Notes under the pieces: model-generated | What the model saw: the letters and a program-made list of their open reading frames with translations, nothing else | What the model was told of the DNA's origin: nothing | Databases searched by the model: none | Shown: positions 58,381-64,000 of the stretch, piece after piece | Layout: the number at the start of each line of letters is the position of its first letter | How positions within the stretch are numbered: the stretch's first letter is position 1 | Translations under genes and position numbers: made by a program | Source: Vulcanimicrobiota bacterium | GTDB lineage: Bacteria; Vulcanimicrobiota; Vulcanimicrobiia; Vulcanimicrobiales; Vulcanimicrobiaceae | DNA length: 64,000 nucleotides | Direction: 5' to 3' | Assembly: GCA_963695225.1 (NCBI GenBank) | Contig: OY968762.1 | Coordinates: forward strand, 224,001-288,000

Positions 58381-58926
58381 TCAGCCTGGAACGTGCATTT
58401 TGTCGAACATCGTTCGCAACGGCAGGACGAGATCCGGGATGATTTTCGGCGCGTAGCTTTCAACGGCGGCAACGCGCTCGAAGCGCCCGTTGCAATCGTA
58501 GGCGTCGACCGTGCGCGCCTCGGGGTTTGCGATGAGTTCGAGGATGACGCCCCACTTGAAATACACACGCCGCTTTTCATCGACGTCGTCTTGCCGATCG
58601 TCCGGCGAGAGAATCTCAACGACGATTTCGGGAGCGACGGTGGGCGTCTGCCGTTCCTGGGCCGTCAGCGGGCGCAGCCGGTCGAACGACATGTACGCGA
58701 CGTCCGGCACGAGCGGGCGAATGTCTTCGCCGGGCGGCGAAGCGCGGAAACGCCACTCGGTGACGACGGCGCCACGGTCGGCAGCCCAGGCTTGCAGCGC
58801 TTGGGCAAAGGCAAGTTGCAGCACGCCGTGATTGAACGTCGGGCTCACTTTACGGAGCGGGCGGTCGAGGATCCACTCGGTTGCCGGCTCGGTTTCTGGC
58901 AGAACGATCTCGCGGACGGCGCGCAT
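58381..58926 (-). CDS. Uma2-family endonuclease-like protein
   Basis: PETEPATEW, VPDVAY, PEIVVEILSP, EKRRVY. Confidence 0.9.
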   Translation of the reverse strand: MRAVREIVLPETEPATEWILDRPLRKVSPTFNHGVLQLAFAQALQAWAADRGAVVTEWRFRASPPGEDIRPLVPDVAYMSFDRLRPLTAQERQTPTVAPEIVVEILSPDDRQDDVDEKRRVYFKWGVILELIANPEARTVDAYDCNGRFERVAAVESYAPKIIPDLVLPLRTMFDKMHVPG

Positions 58927-59057
58927 AGCCTCATGCTCCCGGGCCTTTCGAAAGAGTATATCGCGCCGTCGCAGCCGAGCGACAAGGGGTGTCCTTGAAA
59001 AGAGGACCTTCCGGCCTTCTTGGTCAGGCCGGAATCGCGTTATCATAGCTGCATTTC

Positions 59058-59729
59058 ATGAATGCAGCCGCCGGGAACTCGGCCCTCGAAGCGATCGTGC
59101 TGGAGGCGCTCGCGCCCTGCCCGCATTTTTCCGATGCCTGCGCCGGGTGCGCCCGCTGGGATCCGGCGCGCGGCTTCATCCCGCGCGGGTTTCTCGGCGC
59201 AGCGCCCTCGCCGGACACGCCCCGGCTCGTCCTTGCCCTTCCTGAACCGGGCGAGCCCGTCACGGGCGAGGTCTATTCCGGCACGCCCCCGGAACTCTTC
59301 GAAGCGGTGACGGCGCGCGCACGCGCGGCACTCGAGGACGCGCCGTCGAATGCCGCGGCGCGCCCGTATCATCGCAACCTGCGCAAGATTCTGGATGCAT
59401 TCTGGCCGGCGGCCGGGCTCGGGGAACAACTCGCGAAGACGTGGATCGCTCCGGCGGTGCTGTGCTCGTCGTCCGCCCCCCGCGGGAGCGTCCCGCGCCG
59501 CATGGAGGCGGCCTGTCTGCGCGCCTATTTTCGCAGGGAGATGGAAGCGCTCGGCGACGTCTTCATCGTCACGCTGGGCGCGAGAGCGTGCGAGCGCCTC
59601 GAGCGCGGCGGAATCTCGCCCGACTTCGTGGCGCAGCATCCGAGCGCGCGCCCGATCACGCGCCCCGAGCGAAGCTGGATCGCCAGCGCCGCCGCGTTCC
59701 GGACCTGGCTGAAGGGCCGCACGGGATAG
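59058..59729 (+). CDS. Uracil-DNA glycosylase-superfamily-like hypothetical protein
   Basis: N-terminal Cys cluster, LVLALPEPG, AVLC, EAAC, IVTLG..A and QHPSAR in the UDG-fold order. Confidence 0.6.
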   Translation: MNAAAGNSALEAIVLEALAPCPHFSDACAGCARWDPARGFIPRGFLGAAPSPDTPRLVLALPEPGEPVTGEVYSGTPPELFEAVTARARAALEDAPSNAAARPYHRNLRKILDAFWPAAGLGEQLAKTWIAPAVLCSSSAPRGSVPRRMEAACLRAYFRREMEALGDVFIVTLGARACERLERGGISPDFVAQHPSARPITRPERSWIASAAAFRTWLKGRTG

Positions 59730-59782
59730 CTCGCCTCGCCCGCCGGGGAGTGCCGGAGACATCCGGGCGCGAAGCCGCGCGA

Positions 59783-61327
59783 ATGACGGAAACCGCCGGC
59801 ACGATCGTATTGGACGGGCGCCGCCTGCGCCTCGACGACATCGAGGCGGTCGCGCTCCGCGGCGCCCCCGTCGCCGTCACCGGAGAAGCGCGCACGCGCG
59901 TCGCAGCGGCTCGCGCCGCCGTCGAACGCCAGGTCGCGCGCGGCGCGATCGTCTACGGCATCACCACCGGCTTCGGCCGGATGGCGAACGTCGCGATCGA
60001 CGCGCGCGACACCCGGCAACTCCAACTCAACCTCGTCCGCAGCCACGCCGCGGGCACCGGCCCGCCGTTGCCGGACGCGCAGGTCCGCGCCGCCGGCGTG
60101 CTCCGCGTGAGTTCGCTCGCAGCCGGCCACTCCGGCATCAAACTCGAGACGCTCGACCTGCTCGTCGAAATCCTCAACCGCGGCGTCACGCCGGTCGTCC
60201 CGTCGCAAGGCTCCGTCGGCGCCAGCGGCGACCTGGCGCCCCTCGCGCACATGACGCTCACGCTGATCGGCGAAGGCGAAGCCGCGTATCGCGGCGAGCG
60301 CCTGCCCAGCGCCGAAGCGCTCCGCCGCGCGGGCCTCGCGCCGATCGAATTAGGTGCGAAAGAAGGCCTCTCGCTCATCAACGGCACCGAAGTCATGACC
60401 GCGATCGCCGCGCTCTGCGTGCTCCGCGCGGAACGCCTGCTCGCCGCCGCCGACGTGATCGGCGCGCTCTCGGTCGAAGCGTTCCTCGCGACGGACAACG
60501 TCTACGATCGCCGCATCAACGCGCTGCGCCCCCATCCCGGCCAAGGCCGCGTCGCCGGCCGCCTGCGCGAACTCGTCGCCGATTCCGAGATCATGCAATC
60601 GCATCGCGATTGCGGCCGCGTGCAAGACCCGTATTCGTTCCGCGTGATCCCCGTCGTGCACGGCGCCGCGCGCGACGCGGCGGCCTACGTCCGCGGCGTC
60701 GTCGAAATCGAAGCGATCTCCGTAACCGACAACCCGCTCGTCTTCCCCGATGACGACGAATTCCTGACGGGCGGAAACTTCCACGGCCAGCCGGTCGCGC
60801 TCGCCTCCGATTTCCTGAAGATCGCGATGGCCGAACTCGCGAGCATCAGCGAGCGGCGCACCTACTTGCTGCTCAACGGCGAAGAGCGCGGCCTGCCGCT
60901 CTTCCTCTCGCGCAAGCCCGGCCTCGAATCCGGCCTGATGCTCGTGCAGTACTGCGCGGCCTCCCTCGTCAGCGAAAACAAAGGGCTCGCGCATCCCGCA
61001 AGCGTCGATTCGATCCCGACCTCCGCGGGCCAAGAGGACCACGTCTCGATGGGCACGATCGCCGCGCGCACGCTCGACCGCCTGCTCGACAACGTGGAGG
61101 GCGCGCTCGCCTGCGAACTGCTCGCCGCCCTCGCTGCAACGGATTTCCGGCGCCCGTTGCATTCGGGCCGCGGCACCGCCGCAGCCTATGCCGCAGCGCG
61201 CTCCACGATCCCCCCGCTCGACGGCGACCGCAGCCCCGCACCGGACATCGAAGCCGCCCGCGACCTGCTCCGCTCCGGAGCGCTCGTGGCAGCCGCAGAA
61301 GAAGCGATCGGAGGAACGTTGCGATGA
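59783..61327 (+). CDS. hutH: Histidine ammonia-lyase
   Basis: [20 protein letters not shown] (MIO), [15 protein letters not shown]. Confidence 0.97.
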   Translation: MTETAGTIVLDGRRLRLDDIEAVALRGAPVAVTGEARTRVAAARAAVERQVARGAIVYGITTGFGRMANVAIDARDTRQLQLNLVRSHAAGTGPPLPDAQVRAAGVLRVSSLAAGHSGIKLETLDLLVEILNRGVTPVVPSQGSVGASGDLAPLAHMTLTLIGEGEAAYRGERLPSAEALRRAGLAPIELGAKEGLSLINGTEVMTAIAALCVLRAERLLAAADVIGALSVEAFLATDNVYDRRINALRPHPGQGRVAGRLRELVADSEIMQSHRDCGRVQDPYSFRVIPVVHGAARDAAAYVRGVVEIEAISVTDNPLVFPDDDEFLTGGNFHGQPVALASDFLKIAMAELASISERRTYLLLNGEERGLPLFLSRKPGLESGLMLVQYCAASLVSENKGLAHPASVDSIPTSAGQEDHVSMGTIAARTLDRLLDNVEGALACELLAALAATDFRRPLHSGRGTAAAYAAARSTIPPLDGDRSPAPDIEAARDLLRSGALVAAAEEAIGGTLR

Positions 61328-63009
61328 CCACATCGACGGGTGCGCGCACGATCCGCGCCGCGCGCGGAACGCAACTCAGCGCGCTGAGTTGGCAGACCGA
61401 AGCGCCGCTGCGCATGCTGATGAACAACCTCGATCCGGAAGTCGCCGAGCGCCCGGAGGACCTCGTCGTGTATGGCGGCATCGGCCGCGCCGCGCGCGAT
61501 TGGGCCTGCTACGATACGATCGTCGCGACGCTGCGCCGCTTACGCGAAGATCAAACGCTCCTCGTCCAATCCGGCAAACCCGTCGGCGTCTTCACGACGC
61601 ACGCCGACGCGCCGCGCGTCCTCATCGCGAATTCGAACCTCGTGCCGCATTGGGCCACGTGGGAGCACTTCCACGAACTCGACCGCAAAGGCCTGATGAT
61701 GTACGGCCAGATGACGGCCGGATCGTGGATCTACATCGGCTCGCAAGGCATCGTGCAGGGAACGTACGAGACGTTTGCCGAGATCGGCCGCCGCCATTTC
61801 GGCGGCGATCTCACCGGGAAATGGATCCTGACGGCAGGCCTCGGCGGAATGGGCGGCGCGCAGCCGCTCGCCGCAACGATGGCCGGCGCCTCGATGCTCG
61901 CAGTCGAATGCGACCCCACCCGCATCGAGCGCCGCCTCGCAACCCGCTACCTCGACCGCCGCGCCGATACGCTCGACGAAGCCCTCGCGCTCGTGCAGGA
62001 CGCATGCGCGCGCGGCGAAGCGCTCTCCGTCGGACTGCTCGGCAACGCCGCGGAAGTCTTCCCGGAACTCGCCCGTCGAACCATCGGCCCCGAGAGCCGC
62101 CCCGGCATCCGCCCAGACGTCGTCACCGATCAAACGAGCGCGCACGATCCGCGCAACGGCTACCTCCCCGCGGGCTGGACGCTGGAACGCACCGCCGAAA
62201 TGCGCAAGAGCGATCCCGCCGCAGTCGAACGCGCGGCGAAAGCCTCGATGGCCGAGCACGTGCGCGCGATGCTCGCGTTCCACGCCGCGGGCATCCCGAC
62301 CGTCGACTACGGAAACAACCTGCGCCAGATGGCGTTCGACGAAGGCGTGCACGACGCGTTCGATTTCCCCGGCTTCGTGCCCGCGTACATCCGGCCGCTG
62401 TTCTGCCGCGGCATCGGCCCGTTCCGCTGGGTCGCGCTCTCCGGCGACCCCGACGACATCTACCGCACCGACGAGAAGATCAAAGAACTCTTCCCCGAGG
62501 ATCGCCTCCTGCACCGCTGGCTCGATCTCGCGCGCACGCGCATCGAGTTCCAGGGTCTCCCCGCGCGCATCTGTTGGCTCGGCCTCGGCGCGCGCGCCCG
62601 CGCGGGCCTCGCGTTCAACGAAATGGTCGCACGCGGCGAGTTGCGCGCCCCGATCGTCATCGGTCGCGACCACCTCGATTCCGGTTCCGTCGCAAGCCCC
62701 AATCGCGAAACCGAAGCCATGCTCGACGGCTCCGACGCCGTCTCCGATTGGCCCTTGCTCAACGCGCTCCTCAATTGCGCGAGCGGCGCGACGTGGGTCA
62801 GCCTGCATCACGGCGGCGGCGTCGGCATGGGCTATTCGCAGCACGCCGGCATGGTCGTCGTCGCCGACGGAACGATCGCCGCGCAAACGCGTCTCGCCCG
62901 CGTCCTCGAAAACGACCCCGCCACCGGAGTGATGCGCCACGCCGACGCCGGCTACGACCTAGCCCGCCAATGCGCCCGCGTCCACCATCTGGACCTCCCC
63001 ATGCCCTGA
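61324..63009 (+). CDS. hutU: Urocanate hydratase
   Basis: [38 protein letters not shown]. Confidence 0.99.
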   Translation: MTTSTGARTIRAARGTQLSALSWQTEAPLRMLMNNLDPEVAERPEDLVVYGGIGRAARDWACYDTIVATLRRLREDQTLLVQSGKPVGVFTTHADAPRVLIANSNLVPHWATWEHFHELDRKGLMMYGQMTAGSWIYIGSQGIVQGTYETFAEIGRRHFGGDLTGKWILTAGLGGMGGAQPLAATMAGASMLAVECDPTRIERRLATRYLDRRADTLDEALALVQDACARGEALSVGLLGNAAEVFPELARRTIGPESRPGIRPDVVTDQTSAHDPRNGYLPAGWTLERTAEMRKSDPAAVERAAKASMAEHVRAMLAFHAAGIPTVDYGNNLRQMAFDEGVHDAFDFPGFVPAYIRPLFCRGIGPFRWVALSGDPDDIYRTDEKIKELFPEDRLLHRWLDLARTRIEFQGLPARICWLGLGARARAGLAFNEMVARGELRAPIVIGRDHLDSGSVASPNRETEAMLDGSDAVSDWPLLNALLNCASGATWVSLHHGGGVGMGYSQHAGMVVVADGTIAAQTRLARVLENDPATGVMRHADAGYDLARQCARVHHLDLPMP

Positions 63010-63067
63010 GCTCGCGCCGAAGCAACCGGCGGCCCGGGCATGGATTGGATGGGCAGCGCGCAACCGC

Positions 63068-63110
63068 TTGCAATCTTCCGGGCAGCGATTATAGTAGATA
63101 ATATAACTAC
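63068..63110 (+). promoter_or_regulatory. TA promoter with an overlapping inverted-repeat operator
   Basis: TTGCAA-16 nt-TATAGT; imperfect palindrome GTAGATA...TAACTAC at 63094-63110. Confidence 0.55.
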
Positions 63111-63124
63111 ATTTGGAGCATTCC

Positions 63125-63370
63125 ATGGAAGAAGCCGTGTCGGCGGCAGATGCCAACCGCAGGTTTTCCCTCCTTCTGCGTGGGGTTCGGGAGGGGAACA
63201 GCTACGTCGTGACCAGTCACGGAAAGCCCGTTGCGCGGATCATCCCCGCCGGCAAACGTGACGAGGTCGCCGCCGGCGCGCGCTCGACGCTCCTGTCTCG
63301 CCTCGAAAAGCAGCCCATCATCGATGCCGGACGCTGGACGCGCGATGAACTCTATGAGGGCGATCGGTGA
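63125..63370 (+). CDS. Phd/YefM-family antitoxin
   Basis: VSAADANRRFSLLL...VTSHGKPVARI. Confidence 0.92.
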   Translation: MEEAVSAADANRRFSLLLRGVREGNSYVVTSHGKPVARIIPAGKRDEVAAGARSTLLSRLEKQPIIDAGRWTRDELYEGDR

Positions 63371-63828
63371 GGATTGCGCTCGATACGAACGTGCTCGCCT
63401 ACGCGGAAGGCATCAATGGTGCGGCGCGGCGCGGCGCTGCTCTATCCCTCATTCGCCGGCTGCCGCAAGAGGCTGCCGTCGTCCCGGTGCAGGTTTTGGG
63501 CGAGCTTTTCAACGTGCTCGTCCGCAAAGCCGGAAGGTCACGGAGCGAGGCCCGCGACGTCTTGTTGAGTTGGCGCGATGCGTTCACCGTCGTCGAAACG
63601 TCACCGGAAGTCATGTTGGCGGCAGCCGACCTCGCGACGGACCACCAGCTGGGCTTATGGGATGCCGTCATCCTGTCGGCCGCCTCGCAAGCGGGTTGCC
63701 GGCTGCTCTTGTCCGAGGCCCTTCAGGAAGGCTTCACCTGGGCCGGCGTGACGGTGGTCAATCTGTTTCCCGATCCAAAGCACCCTCTGCTGCAGGCGCT
63801 CCTGAGCCCCCCGCCCCACGCCGGCTAA
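63367..63828 (+). CDS. PIN-domain (VapC-like) toxin
   Basis: [24 protein letters not shown] overlap with the antitoxin. Confidence 0.92.
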   Translation: MRIALDTNVLAYAEGINGAARRGAALSLIRRLPQEAAVVPVQVLGELFNVLVRKAGRSRSEARDVLLSWRDAFTVVETSPEVMLAAADLATDHQLGLWDAVILSAASQAGCRLLLSEALQEGFTWAGVTVVNLFPDPKHPLLQALLSPPPHAG

Positions 63829-64000
63829 CGCTGATCCGAGCGAATCGCCGCGCCGTCTTTATAGACGAGCCCGCGGGGCCGCGCGCCGATCGGGTGCACC
63901 AGCTCCGCCGGGTCCTCGACTTCCCACACCACGAAATCCGCGCGCTTCCCCACGGCGAGCGTCCCGATCTCCGCTCCCAGCCCGAGCGCGCGCGCGGCGT
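63825..64000 (-). CDS. hutI: C-terminal fragment of an amidohydrolase, probably imidazolonepropionase
   Basis: Hand translation: [38 protein letters not shown]...; adjacent to hutHU. Confidence 0.75.
   Translation of the reverse strand, partial: AARALGLGAEIGTLAVGKRADFVVWEVEDPAELVHPIGARPRGLVYKDGAAIRSDQR

Overview
High-GC bacterial chromosomal window that is mostly housekeeping. Gene content and regulatory signals (Gram-positive-type LexA box, FliA/WhiG sigma, MutS2, GatCAB, PyrR) point to a Terrabacteria-type lineage; Ca. Eremiobacterota/Vulcanimicrobiota is an unverified guess. In order it holds: the tail of a papain-like protease gene and its partner ORF; crcB-DUF190; a fragmented rpmG-tRNA-Trp-secE-nusG / rplK-rplA / rplJ-rplL cluster; hppA; fliA; ftsY-recA-recX; GH125; purA; orphan fliJ/fliO-like genes; rlmD-gatCAB-mutS2-tyrS; hslO; aroQ; HU; tRNA-Pro; valS-pyrRBC-carA; a BatD/MoxR/DUF58/VWA module; pdxH; carB; a prolyl oligopeptidase; two Uma2 nucleases; a UDG-like gene; hutHU; a Phd-PIN toxin-antitoxin pair; and the 3' end of hutI. 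No CRISPR array, IS element or integrase was seen. The most interesting signals are regulatory: (1) an unannotated leaderless 24-aa uORF with one Cys codon and a terminator/antiterminator in front of a DUF4395 gene, a candidate cysteine-sensing transcriptional attenuator; (2) a recurrent AGGR-N16-17-(C)GAA-like motif at a near-fixed distance ahead of many SD-less housekeeping genes, a candidate SigH-like promoter class giving leaderless mRNAs; (3) a Cys-rich LuxR / stand-alone receiver / STAS module in which the STAS phospho-Ser motif is replaced by DCAC; (4) several apparent CTG/ACG start codons. All family calls come from motif recognition by eye; no database searches were run.
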